This document shows positions 26,331-39,707 of a stretch of 64,000 nt of DNA, in pieces (positions within the stretch are counted from its first letter, which is position 1; each line of letters begins with the position of its first letter). Below the pieces are notes generated by a model that worked only from the letters and a program-made list of their open reading frames with translations, was not told where the DNA came from and ran no database searches. The DNA is taken from NCBI RefSeq assembly GCF_006345805.1, contig NC_042999.1, forward strand, positions 121,830,001-121,894,000, given 5' to 3'. Origin of the DNA: Octopus sinensis. Taxonomy: Eukaryota. The position numbers and the translations under genes are program-made.

Positions 26331-27349
26331 TATATACATAAATAAACGTATATATATATATTTATATATATATATGTATTTATGTCTATATAGTCTTCTA
26401 CTATATTGTAGGGCCAATCAAAGCCTTGTGAGTAGCTTTTGTAACTGGACACTGAAAGAAAACCTTCATATGTATGTATGTATGTATATATGCTTAAATA
26501 TATGTGTGTGTGTTTGTGTGTATATACACAGACATACATTATCTGGGTGATATTTTCAACCAAGACATTCCAGTTGTATCTCATTCTTCAAGTGCTTCAA
26601 TCCTGTGTATGCACATATATTACTATGGTTCCCCCATTTTGTGTTGATATGCCATTTTCTATCATTAAGAAAACTGTCGCCATTTTTGATGACATGGGTA
26701 TGCTAGTATATGTATACAAATACATATATGCACGTATATGTGTGTGTGTGTGGTGTGTGTGTGTGTGTATGTTCATGTATGTGCATGTGTGAACGTGTGA
26801 GTGTTTTCTTATTTGAATATATTCCTGCATGTGTGTGTGAATATCTGGTGGATTTTGAATCGGCAAGTATCTGTATATATATGATTGTGTGTGTATGTAC
26901 CTATGCATGTATGTGTGTGCATGCCTGTGCCTGCACATGTGTGTGTGTACATGTGTATGCATGGGTTGTGTGAATGCATGTGTGGTTGTGTATTTTTATG
27001 TTCCTGTATGTGTGTTTATAAGCCATTTAAGAAACACACAGAAACAGTTAGATTCACTTCAACATTCAAATTTAATTTGTCAAAATATTTTTGTTGCTTT
27101 GAGACCGCGACCTGTTCACTTACAAAACTCCATGCTGCATCTCCGTGCTGCAGCACGGAGTTTTGTAAGTGAACATGTCACAGTCTCAAAGCAACAAAAA
27201 TATTTTGACAAATTAAATTTAAATGTTGAAGTGAATCTAACGGTTTTTGTGTGTTTCTTAAATTGCTTATAAACACCTTCCATGCTGCAATTGTTTTCGT
27301 TCCAGCACATGATCTCAGATCAGGTCACTTGCTATGCAAGTACATCTCC

Positions 27350-27391
<42 letters not shown>

Positions 27392-28809
27392 TATATACAT
27401 ATACACATATATATATATATTGAGAGAGAGAGAGATGTCTATAGAATAAATGTTTGTATGTGTATATATATCTGTGCTAGTGGCACATAAAAGCACCCAT
27501 TACACTCTTGGAGTGGTTAGTGTTAGGAAGGGCATCCAGCTGTTGAAAACCATGCCAAATCAGACTGGAGTCTGGTGTAGCCTTCCAGTGTGCCAGACCA
27601 GTTAAACCATCCAATCCATACCAGCATCGACAAAGGATTTTAAATGACGATGATGATGATGTATATACATAAATAAACGTATATATATATTTATATATAT
27701 ATATGTATTTATGTCTATATAGTCTTCTACTATATTGTAGGGCCAATCAAAGCCTTGTGAGTAGCTTTTGTAACTGGACACTGAAAGAAAACCTTCATAT
27801 GTATGTATGTATGTATATATGCTTAAATATATGTGTGTGTGTTTGTGTGTATATACACAGACATACATTATCTGGGTGATATTTTCAACCAAGACATTCC
27901 AGTTGTATCTCATTCTTCAAGTGCTTCAATCCTGTGTATGCACATATATTACTATGGTTCCCCCATTTTGTGTTGATATGCCATTTTCTATCATTAAGAA
28001 AACTGTCGCCATTTTTGATGACATGGGTATGCTAGTATATGTATACAAATACATATATGCACGTATATGTGTGTGTGTGTGTGTGTTTGTGTGTGTAGGC
28101 AGACAAATGATCTTAATATTTCTTGGAAGCTCAGACTTCATTATTACTACTCCAGCTTTTACTTTTAGATAGAGGCTAAAAGAATTCAAGAACTCTTAAC
28201 AAGCATATGTATATATAGTTAAAACAAAAAGTCCGTTGATTTTCCTAAAACCAATTTAAAAGTCTGATCGCATTGCTGTTATTTACTGAAGTCTTTCTGA
28301 AGCATTTCTTTTAGCATTTCATACATAATTTTTTTATTCAGTGTGATTTGAAATACTGTTCATCTATTAATAACTTTTCCTGAATCAGTGCTATCTTTAA
28401 TCATTCTCTTGTGACATATTCCATTGTCGTACATGCAGTTTATATTCCATGCTGGTTAATTCTTTCTGTTTATTATTAATTTTCAGTTTCTTCTTTCTTT
28501 CGCTTTCTTTATCTTTTATATTACCATGTCTTCTTCCAAACTTTATGAATAATTCTAAGTTTTGCCTTTTCCCTTTCTAATATTCTTTTTTCTCCATCTT
28601 GTTTCATCTTCTGTCAGTTATATAACAACAAATCAAAGCAACATATAAAATTTCCATAACCAATTGTAATGTCAGCTGACTATTAAATTAAACTATTAAA
28701 TCAATGAACATTTCATAGTTATGCATGTATGCACCCATCCATCCATCCATCCATACATACATATATACATACATACATACATACATACACACATAAAAAA
28801 ACTAATAAA

Positions 28810-29600
28810 ATTAATGCCAGCTACACAATTTTTGTTGATGACCTAAAGCTATATTCTGGCAAAATGAACAATGTCAAGAGACAATTACAACTAGTTACCA
28901 CATTTTCACGGAGTATAGGAAAGGGCTTTAGGCAAAATAAATGCTCATATATGATAGTCAACTATGAAAGGATTGTTGACCAGGCAGGGAACATGTGCTT
29001 CAATGTCTTGTCTATTTCTTCCCAACTCCAATAATGAAAACTATAAGTATCTCAGAATTGATGAGAATGTTTCACATATTTAATTCTTTATTGCCCACAA
29101 GGGGCAATAAAGGGGACAAACAAGGATAGACGAGGACAAACAAATAGAGGGGACAAACAAGGACAGACAAAGGGACTAAGTTGATTATATCGACCCCAAT
29201 GTGTAACTGGTACTTATTTAATCAACTCCGAAAGGGTGAAAAGCAAAGTCGACCTTGGTGGAATTTGAACTCAGAACATAGCGGCAGACAAAATACTGTT
29301 AAGCATTTCACCTGGCGTGCTAACAATTCTGCCAGCTCACTGCCTTCAATGTTGCATATATTGGTGTTGTGACTAAAGCCAGAATGACAAAACAGTACTT
29401 TGGTAGAATCCAGAGAATATGGAACTCAGAAAGCTTGCATTTAACAAGACCATATCTCACAACACTTTTGCAGTGCCAGTGATATAGGACTGGACACATG
29501 ATGACATCTGCAGCCTAGACATTAAAACTAGAAAGATGCTGACTACCCCTGGCAATTTTACTTCAACAGAGACACTGATAGGATCTGACATTACACAGAA
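28810..29600 (+). mobile_element. Decayed R4/Dong-like LINE RT C-terminal fragment, interrupted by a SINE
   Basis: FVDDLKLY (ORF 28729-29034), YKYL, later HNTFAVPV and LDIKTRKML. Confidence 0.7.
29080..29346 (-). mobile_element. SINE of the 12848 family
   Basis: Reverse complement matches the 12848-13079 head, centre and tail. Confidence 0.88.
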
Positions 29601-30600
29601 AGGTGAGGAAGGAAGACATTACTGTTAAGAAAGTTTCCTCTCAAGAAGTCTTAGAATCATTCTAGTTGAAAATCTGGAATGAGGAAAGAGATTTCAATCT
29701 TAAAGTATCATGGCTAAATGAAGTAAGGAGAGAATTCTGTACCAACATCAAAAGTAAAACATATACAATTGACCTGGAAACTTTCACCATACTTATAGGC
29801 AAACTGTATATTGGGAAGAGCACCTAAAAGGTACCTAATAGTTGGATATTGTTACAAGTGCTGACATTTTACAGGAAACCAAATATTTGTATCTTCAAAA
29901 GCACTATGAAATGTCAAATTGACATGCCAAATTGGCTTACGTGGACAAATCTTGTCAAGAATGAAACCACTGAGTTGGTAGAAAACTACAGGCCAATTGC
30001 TTGCCTAAACATTATGTACAAAATGTACTCAAGCTGCCTCAACTAATTCCTCCAGGATCTCTGTGAGTCGAACAACATAGTGACTGCTGAGCAGGCCAGT
30101 GGAAAGAAAGGAGTGTGGGATTGTGCCAAATAACTTTTGATAAACAAAGCTTTACTGTCTGAAGTGAAAAACATTGTAGAAACCTTGTAACAGTATGACT
30201 TCATTAGAGGAAGGCATTTGATTCTATTCCACACTCATAGCTGCTGAAATGTCTACGTTTGACAAAAGTGCTTGCTACCTTAATTGCTACTATTCAGAGG
30301 CTCACAAAGACCTGGACAACAATTCTTACACTTAGAACTGAGTGTGGAACAAGTGTCTCCAGCATTATATTTCAAAGGGAATATTCCAAGGAGACAGTCT
30401 TTCTGTAATTTTGTTCATTTTGGCATTAAATCATTGATAATTCCTGCTACAAAAGTCTACATGCTAGGGTCAGCAACTGTTAAAGATATCAATGTAACCT
30501 ATAATTTCTTTGTGAATGACTTGAAGATTTATGCTAAAAATTTGAACAGTGCCAAAAAGTCAGCTGGAATTAATAACAATAATTTTCAGCTGACATAGGA
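29600..30600 (+). mobile_element. Decayed R4/Dong-like LINE RT region
   Basis: ENYRPIACLNIMYK, EQASGKKGVW, AFDSIPH, GIFQGDSL, FFVNDLKIYAK with stops and frameshifts. Confidence 0.85.
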
Positions 30601-31022
30601 TTTTGACCAAAAGAACTTGAGTGAATGAATTTTATTACTAGTCTCCCCACCTCCCTTGCCTCTCTACTTAGCATCCTTTTTCCTTCCTCTTAATGACATC
30701 TGTAGACACACCCACCTCATTTCCTTTTAGGGCAACCTATACTCTAACTCCTACTGTCATTGGTCACCTGATTTTAACTTTGTCTTTCTTTTCATTTTTT
30801 TCAACTCGCCATTCATGCTGTGGCTAGTTTGATGATTTATTTGGTTATCTCTGCATGACAATGTAAAGAACATAGACATAATAGAACCTGAAGATTAGCT
30901 AAGCTGGTTTTGTGTGTTACAACTTATGTAACAAGCATCACATTGCAATGAGACACTCATAGTCCGTCTGTGTTTTACCTGTTCCTTGTCTTTCTATCAT
31001 GGAACAGTACATTATATATGTG

Positions 31023-31060
<38 letters not shown>

Positions 31061-31989
31061 CATATTCATTAATGATATTCAAATGATGTTTGGAAAGGAG
31101 AAACTTGGTTATATTAAGGTTACACCTGTGCCCACCATACATTGCTGTCTTTTATATTGAATAAATTTCTCTTATGTTTATTTTTGTGCATGCAAATGTG
31201 CACATACATACATACATACAGGCATACATCAGCTGCAGCAGCAGCCATCCAAGAATTTAGATCTGGAGATCTACATTTCCAGCGATTTTGAGAGCCACCT
31301 TCCAGTGGTGTTGGGCATCAATGAAGAGCCCTTGACTACAACAAGACGACCAAAGTTCCTTTTTTTTCCCAAGATCTGGGGTCTCCCGCCCCTAAGCCCT
31401 AGACCATCACCTAATCACCCTTACCTGTCTTGTTGCTTAACAACAACAACAGCTGCAGCAGCAAGAGCAGCATCATAATCACTGTGATTTATCAGCCACT
31501 TTTTCAAGCTTGCATTGAACATATGGAATTTGTTAAGGCAGATTTTCTATAGCTGGTTGCCCTTCCTGTTGCCAAGCACAGTAATATTTTCCCATCACTA
31601 ATAGCTAGACATCTCTTTTTATTGATTACTAGTGACAAATAACTTCTCTCATGTGACAATGATGTTCATTTACAACCATCCCATGATGTCTAGACAAGGG
31701 CACACACAGACATGCAAAAAGGTAATGTCTGAGAGATACTATGACATTTGCAGGCTGGTGGTACTAATCTCAAGTCTACCTCCTCCATTTCTTTGTATGT
31801 AGAGCCTGTCAACATCTCTGTTTCTGTGAAAGTTACTAGCTCATGAGTTGTTTTAACATTCATGGAATAGCTTTCCTCTACAGACCAGTCAAGCATCTTA
31901 AATGCTGGTATCAGCTTTAGTACTGCAAATGTTCTATGAGATATTGTCATGTTAGCAGAGAACTCCAACTGTCATACTTTTTAAAGCCT

Positions 31990-34200
31990 GGTGTAATTTT
32001 TTTCAGTTACTCTGTGTTCACAACACATTTGTGCATTACATTTTCATCAATGTCTAGGTATTTGTAGCATTCTTTGTGTGGAAAATGAGAGATAGAGAAA
32101 TCATTGACACAGGTTCTGGGTTTGGAGAACTGATTTTCTACATTCAACAATCAAATATGAACACTTCTTTTGGCCAAATTCCACTCTTATGTCAGTTGAA
32201 AATATTGTTATTAACTCCAGATGTTTTCAACACTGTAAACATTTTTAGCATAGATCTTCAGGTCAACCACAAAGAAATTATGGATTTTATTGGTATCTCT
32301 AGCAGTCACAGACTCTAACATGTAGTTATGGAAATTTTGTAACAGAAATGATATTGGATTTATATTATCTCGTGATATTCCCTTTGAAATATTTATAACA
32401 TCAAAGCTGATCATTGCACTCTCACTTGTAAGTGTAAGGATTGTTACCAAAGTCTTTGTGAACTTCTGAATGGCGGGAATTGAGGTTACAAGTACTTTTA
32501 TTAAGTGTAGAGATTTCAGCAACTATAAGTGGGGAATAGAGTTGAACGTCAAATACGTTCCTATAATCAAACCACATTGCATTTTCACAAGTTTTCTGTT
32601 GTTTTCCTACTTCAGACAGCACAGCCTTATCAAAAGTTGTTCAGTATGTCCCCACACTTTCTCCTTACCACTTGCCTGCTAATCAGTTACCATGTTGTTG
32701 ACTTAGATGATTATGTTGCAATTGGTTAACATTGCATAAAGCTGGAAAACAATGTTTAGGCAAGCAATGGGCCTTTAGTTTTTTACCAACTTAGTGGTTT
32801 TGTCTTAGCTTCAAGATTTGTCTGTACTAGTTTGCTATAGCAAATTGGCCTTCCATTGTTCTTTTAATATTTATAATGGTTTCTATAGTAGGTTAGCCTC
32901 CTGTATCAGTATCCATCTATTAGGGTTCTTCCATGTACCACATTATTATTTAGTTGTGTACAACTTTGGTGCAAGTTTCAAGGTCAGTTGTGTATGTTTT
33001 ACTGATGATGTTGGTCCAGTATTCTTTCCTTACTGTATTTAGCCATGATGCATCCTGGCTGAAATCTCTCTTTTTGTTCCAGATATGAAACCAGAATGAT
33101 TCAAGATCTTCTTGTGATGGGCTTTCTTAATGGTAATGTTTTTCTTCCTTATCTCCTGGTAAAATACCTGTAGATTGGAAGGAAACTTGACATTCAAACT
33201 AGCTTGCTCAAACATTTTTCTACAATAATGAAGTTTTTTTCTTTAGTGTTCTACATGCTTTAAAGTAATTAGCTTTCTCTCAAGAGCTTGACATGAAGAG
33301 TTGCCACAGAGCTTTGCTATTGTTTGCCTAAGATGCAATTGGTGAGGTATGAACTCATTATCCTACTTACATTTTATTACTGTGCTTAACCATCTAACAT
33401 GGCAATGCCACTTCTTGGTGTTTATTTCAAGTTTTGTTTTCTGTTTGGATTGCTTCTGTTTAATAATTTCATTAGCATGTGCACTGCAGGTTTCTTGGAA
33501 GTGTTCTTTAAGTGTAATAGCAGCTATGTATAGGAAGGTGTTAAATTGTCCAATAGTTAACATCTCATGATTCCATTGTTCTCCAGTGACATCATCAATA
33601 ACAAGCAGTTGGCATTTTCTATAACCACTTTAAGAATGACCTATAACTCAAAGACAATTTAGAAGAACTGGAAATTTTTTTTATGAACTGAGATTTCAAA
33701 TTATTCCTAAGTTGAATATATTTCACTGTCTTCTTTTTCAAATTGGTTACATTACTTTTGATCTCTTATGGCAGATTTTGGTTGTTTCAGAGTCTCTTAA
33801 GAAGATCTGTTTGCATCACAGGAATTAGAATAACCATTACTTTCTGTGAAAGCCATATTTGTTTGCAAAGAATGCTGTGGCTGTTTTGCTGTAAAATATT
33901 TTAAGTTAGGATGACATTTGTCCCGTAGTTTTTAGCCACTTAGTTTAGCTGATAGAAGGATCATCTGAGACTTTTCCATTGCACCGAAGTAGATCTTGTA
34001 CAAACATCATCTTAAATAACTTACAGGTGTCATAGTAAAGCTTGTGTTGTTGTTGTTATCAATATCAGCCATGATTGCATGATTGCCATAACAAAATTCC
34101 ACACGGTGTTTCACATATTTTGTAATCCTGTCCAAATAACATTTTGTTGGCATGTAAAAGGTGTTTCTCTTATTTGTAGCAGCAGAAATAATCCAGTTAC
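31990..34200 (-). mobile_element. Decayed R4/Dong-like LINE, same family as 29600-30600, opposite orientation
   Basis: HNFFVVDLKIYAKN and WFDYRNVFD on minus; 33060-33150 (reverse complement) aligns to 29610-29700; 5' boundary uncertain. Confidence 0.75.
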
Positions 34201-34927
34201 TGATTTAGGCTAGAGGGGTCAGCACAGCTGTAAAAGAAAACGTTCAAAAGGCATTTTAGATAGTTCTCTATACCTGCAAATTCGATGTTGACAGTGCCAT
34301 GTTATATATATGTATGGAAGCATACACACATGCATGCAAAAATGAATAAATGGATGATGAAGTGTTTCTGTCAATTTCAACAATAGTGTTGCACTGATAT
34401 CTTTTAACACTATTGTTGAAATGCTATATTAGAATTTTCCATTGTCATTTAAGTATTTGAATGGAAAGTAATGGCATGGGTATATAGAATATTCAATAAG
34501 GAACTTCATTTGTTTCACATTTTTCATGATAATCAAATATATGCATTCAAATATTTCACAAACATTTACCTAAGACCAAATAAGTAGGCTAGAGATTGTG
34601 CCTTATAATATTTGTTTAACATAAATTTTCAAGTCCGTCTCAAACGATTCATAAGTTTGTGAATATTGCTTGACAGATGTATAAGAAGGCACTGCTGCAT
34701 ATTGTATAATACATATTTGCACAATTTGTTGATGTGGATAAGGTTGGAATAGATTGTAGAAGCTATCAATGGCTAATTATTGGAATATCCTCTTTCAGAT
34801 CATAAAATAGAATTTTCCTTAATAGAAGGCCTTGCAAAACAATTGGTTTACTGGAACTCTAAGCAGACATAATTTCAGACTAGCTTGCAAAATTTGTGAA
34901 ATGAAGGACAGAGGACAATGTCAACTG

Positions 34928-35138
34928 TAAGGGAGTACTGAAAAGTTCCTAGCTTGAAGGGTATTACAAAAGGCCTGGTTAGAGGCTCAACCTTCTGAGG
35001 TTGGGCTTAGGAAAACTGAAGGACTGCTGCACTAAGTGTGTGAATCTGAGATGGGAATATGTTGAATAAAATCATAATTAACTGATCCTCTTGTATTCCC
35101 TTTTACCCAAAGCCAGGACTTATCATCACCCACTCATA
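34928..35138 (+). mobile_element. Internally deleted mariner (MITE-like)
   Basis: Imperfect TIRs GGGAGTACTGAAAAGTTCCTAGCTT and AAGCCAGGACTTATCATCACCCACTCATA; mariner C-terminus-like KCVNLRWEYVE*. Confidence 0.7.
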
Positions 35139-36464
35139 CATGTACACTTTAGAAAATAATAGTTATCAGATATTCAACCAATAGATTGTTATTGTTTTAC
35201 TAGGAATAAAGAAGTAGAAAATTATTACATATTTTCTTCTTCATTTTTTTTTTCAGTTTAATATATTATTTGACAATTTGTTACCAATATATTTTTACTG
35301 ATTAAAATATTGTAAATTAAAATGCAAGGTGAATAATTTGTTGTCATTTGTGCAAATAACTTATTGAATAATGAAAGAAAACTGACTGTCTATTTGTCAA
35401 GATGTTCTCTTCTTTATACATTCAAAAATATTGTAATTGAAACAGAAGCAGCAAAGTGATAGTTTACTGAACTGTGTCTTGGAACTTCAGTACAAGTTAG
35501 TATCATCTTTTACAGAATGAAAGATGTCAACTAATTAAAGTATTGATACAGAGGTTTAAAAAAATTGATAAATATTCTAATACTGTGTTCTTTGATTTAT
35601 TAGTAATAATATTTTATCATAACTAATAAATGTATGAAAAGAAGCAACAATGCTGTTCTTCTGTGCAGGTGTTTTATTTTTAAATAAAAACATTGAAATA
35701 ATATAAAAATCAGTTTAGGAGTCATATCTGAAATGCTTATCTTTGTTAATATGGTTAAGGAATTAATCTATTCTATCATAAATATTGTACATTCACGATA
35801 AAGAAAAGAACCAGATACTCGATAATAATTTGCTAACAATGCAAAGTTATACCTAATATGTGAATAATAAAGCAATGAAATATAATTTCCCAAGAGTTAA
35901 CTTTTATATTTACAAAAGAATAATAAGTAGTAAAGTTAGCTCACCCACTTATTAGAAATAATTGCAACTTCATTGAAATTTGATTCTTATTAATGTAATT
36001 TATCATTATTCAGTTTTTAGAACACAACACTCAGACATATTTAAAATGCTCTGCTTTTTAAGATTTGTCTGAATCTCTATTTTTGGCATTTTCAATACAT
36101 ATCCAATCACCTCTTCATTTCAGTGTTATTCCACTTCTTTGGTGTTGTGCACAGAATATCTAGTGTTCTCTTCTTTTCATATGATATCCTAACAATAACA
36201 TCTTAAGTGTAAACAGAGTTATCTTCTTTCTTATCAAAACTGTCTGTGAATGTAAATCTACTGTCTATTATGGAAATATGCAAAACTGCAAGCAATCATA
36301 TTGTACTCTCAAGTTCCAAATGTTTTATAAAATCGATCATCAACCATTAAGAATTCCATCGTTTAAAACTCATATAGATTTTGAACCATTAAGGGAGACT
36401 TTGTGAAGTCACTCAACCTGCTGGAAATAGCAACCAAATATTTCTTAAATTACACCTTACTATT

Positions 36465-36660
36465 TTGTTTTTGGATTTGTTTGCAAGATTCTTTATATGA
36501 GTTCATGTGTTGAAGCATATTCTGTTGTGTCTGAGGAGAGTCATTTTCTTTTTGTGCCTTATAATGTAACACACTCACCTGTAAAATTTCCACTTATTTC
36601 GTATTTTTATTTTCCTAAAATTTTTGTTGCGTCTTGCAACCTTTTCCATAGTCTTGATTC
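36465..36660 (-). mobile_element. Small repeat with a hammerhead-like hairpin remnant
   Basis: Minus: CTA-TGGAAAA-G-GTTGC-AAGAC-GCAAC-AAAA-AT-TT-TAG; stems intact, core mutated. Confidence 0.35.
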
Positions 36661-36916
36661 TTAAAAAGGATATCCCTAAAAAGAAAACAGGATGGTCACA
36701 AGTGCACTCTTTTAATCATAGGTGTGTTTAATCAGAATTGAGCTGAGGTTAAACAAGTGATATTAATCTTTAATGGTTAATTATATTTTTTGAATTCAAG
36801 GCCGAAGTCAGTTTTATTTTATATGTGATTCTTTTAATATCTTGAATATTTTATAAAGGTTAACTTAATATCTAAACGTTTTTCAAAAAATTTATTATCA
36901 TGTGAAATATAAGTAA

Positions 36917-37530
36917 TCATTATCATCATCATCAATTAACGTCCGTTTTCCATGCCGGCATAGGCTGGATGGTTTGACTGAAGTCTGGAGAGCCAGCAGC
37001 TGCACCAAGCTCTAATATGATCTGGCAAAATTTCTACAGCTGGATGCCCTTCCTAACACCAAGCACTCTGAGAGTGTAGTGGGTGCTTTCTACGTGTCAC
37101 TGACGCAGGAGCCAGTCAGGTAGGCCTGGCAATGATCATGTTCAGATGGTGCTTTTTATGTGTCACTGGCACAGGAGCCAGTCACAGGGTGCTGGCATCG
37201 GTCATGATCGGTTGATGCTTTTTACATGCCACCAGCATGCGAGCCAGTCAGGTAGACTTGGTATCGACCACGTTCAGATGGTGCTTTTTATGTGTCATTG
37301 GCACGGGAGTCAGTCTGGGGATACTGGCATCGGCCACGTTTAGTTAGTGCTTTTTATGTGCCACTGGCACAGGAGCCAGTCAGGCAGACCTGGCATTGAC
37401 CACGTTTGGATGGCGCTTTTTACATGCCACCAGTACACTAGCCAGTCAGGGGGCTCCGGCTCCACCTACGATATTGATTTTACTTGACTCAACAGGTCTT
37501 CTCAAGCATATCATATCGCCCAGCATATCA
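36917..37530 (-). mobile_element. RTE 3' tail with ~6 tandem ~66-bp repeats (37082-37470)
   Basis: (CAT)n-TTAACGTCCG start; repeated unit GGTGCTTTTTATGTG(C/T)CACTGGCACAGGAGCCAGTCAGG. Confidence 0.85.
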
Positions 37531-39644
37531 GGGATTTCTGTTAATTTACAGATCATTAAAATATCTTTGTTCAATCCCTGTAATGACAATATTTTGTATA
37601 GGCATAAGCTCATAAATATGGAAGAAGGAACAGGTGATTAAATTGACCTCAGTACTTAACTAGGACTTTATTTTATCGATACCAGAAAGTTGAAACACAA
37701 AGTTGACGTTGAACTCAAAATGCAAACAACCTGAACAAGTACTGCAAAGCTTTTTATCTCATGCTCTAATGATTCTAAACTGATCTCCAGCTAAACCCTA
37801 TAATTGTTATTTAGGAATTATTCAAATCTCAACCACTTAGAATCTTTCATTAGCTTCAACAACAATCACTAATTTTCCTTCTGTACAGTCTTTCACTACT
37901 CCATTTTATCTGTATAAAACCATTCTTTAAGTATTACTGAAAATAAATCACTTCATTGAAAAAATAGACTATAAATAAACAGTAGATAACCTGGTAAAAT
38001 TCAGCAACAGATGTAAACATTAACTATCTCTTGAGAAATCTATTCAAAATGATAGTTTTTCCATTAAGTATGGTATTTTATGAGATTACTAAAAGAGAAG
38101 ATATTCAGCATTTTTTATATAGATATAGTTTCTAGGAACACAAAGATATCATAGAGCAAAGTGTTTATTAACTAGACATCACTTCAGTGCCAAAAGATTA
38201 GATGAAGTGCACCCTTTAACTTAATTTTGTTCTTTTGATGCATTAACTCAATTCTATAAACTGGTATGTTACCACAAAGCCGCTATTTACTAACGCTTTT
38301 GTTTTATAGAAAACTGGCTCTTGAATTTGGTCAGACCACTTTCCTAGAAACAAGAAATGTTAATTCTTCCACAGGCTATTCTCTAAGATATCATCAGATA
38401 AAATAGAAACAATTTGAATTTTTTGTCAAAATATGTAAAAGACAAATGAAAAGTAGCAACTCTAAATTGTTTAAAAACTTGTTCTGAATGATACAGGCCA
38501 ATAATCCATTAATAATTTGGTTCTTGTGTAAAGTGATGTGATTTCAGCATGGTGTGGCTGTATGGCTAAAAATTTGCTTACCAAGCATATCGTTTAGAGT
38601 CAGCTCTACTACATAGCACCTCATAAAAACTACCACACTCTTTTGTCAGTGGAATTTTCTAACCAGAAAATGATGTATGAGAGAAGGGACCAGAACAAGT
38701 TTCTTCCTGTAGAAGAGCTACATGCTTACTCTCATTATAGAATGGAGATGGAAAGATATAAACTAGTGATAATGTAGTGTCATTGTGGAACCTCAAAGTA
38801 CAAGGTGGCTAGAAGTGATTGGAGGACAGGCAAACTGGGATTGTTGGTGGGTAGTAGTTGGGAAAGATAGTGAAAAGTAAGTGACATCTGAAAAAAATTG
38901 GACAGGTTTGATGGATGGATGTGATGAATGGTGGATACAGAGTGGGTGGAAGGGGTGATCAGGGATACATATGATTTAAGGTGGGAGGAAGAGGAGAGTA
39001 GGAAATGAGTGACAGTGTAGAAAAAGAAGGGATGAAGGGGAACTGTCTTCTGAAGTTCTCTGCATTCAAGACTCATATTCTACTACCATCTAACATCTCA
39101 GTCCAAACACAAGTGTTATCTGCCTTTCAGTCCAAGGAAAAAACGGTTGCTGCCATCAATGGTACTTGTTCCTTGAACTTTTCCAGCCTGTTCTTAGCCT
39201 GGTTACTATAGTTTTAAAGCAACCTACACCTCTCCAACTAAATACATTCCTTGGTGACATAAGGTGACAATTACTTCTCTTGAGCAAGCTGGGCATCTAT
39301 TTCAGCAAGAGAATCTATTTCCAGAGTGCTCATGGTACAAAGTGCTCCAATGCATTTGTTTCTTATATAGCTATTGGCCTCTGTTAATCGGTAATGCTTG
39401 TATATGTATGTGTGTTTTGTTAATGAATATCAGCAAAAAATTGTACATATCAGTGAAAACAAACAGAAAAACTGATGTTGTTTGAGGTCCTGTACAATAT
39501 TTGTTCTGATTCAAGTTATATTCCCTTGTTTCTTTCTCAATCACAAATTCAGTAAACCAATGATTATTTCATTCAGAAACTGTGGTCATTGATGTTATTA
39601 CCCATTAATTATGATATAAAATAAATTATATATAAAATGAATTA

Positions 39645-39666
39645 TATATATATATATGTGTATATA

Positions 39667-39702
<36 letters not shown>
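39645..39702. repeat. (TA)n microsatellite
   Basis: Direct inspection. Confidence 0.95.

Positions 39703-39707
<5 letters not shown>

Larger units (their letters stand above)
25415..28084. repeat. Near-identical ~1.33-kb tandem duplication (about 25415-26747 and 26748-28084)
   Basis: Identical ORFs offset by 1333 (25552/26885, 25783/27116) and a partly shared ORF offset by 1329 (26478/27807); junctions lie in (TG)n. Confidence 0.95.

Noticed and set aside
37082-37470. CRISPR-like periodicity
   Set aside because: Whole units are homologous with no unique spacers, the context is eukaryotic, and no cas genes are present.
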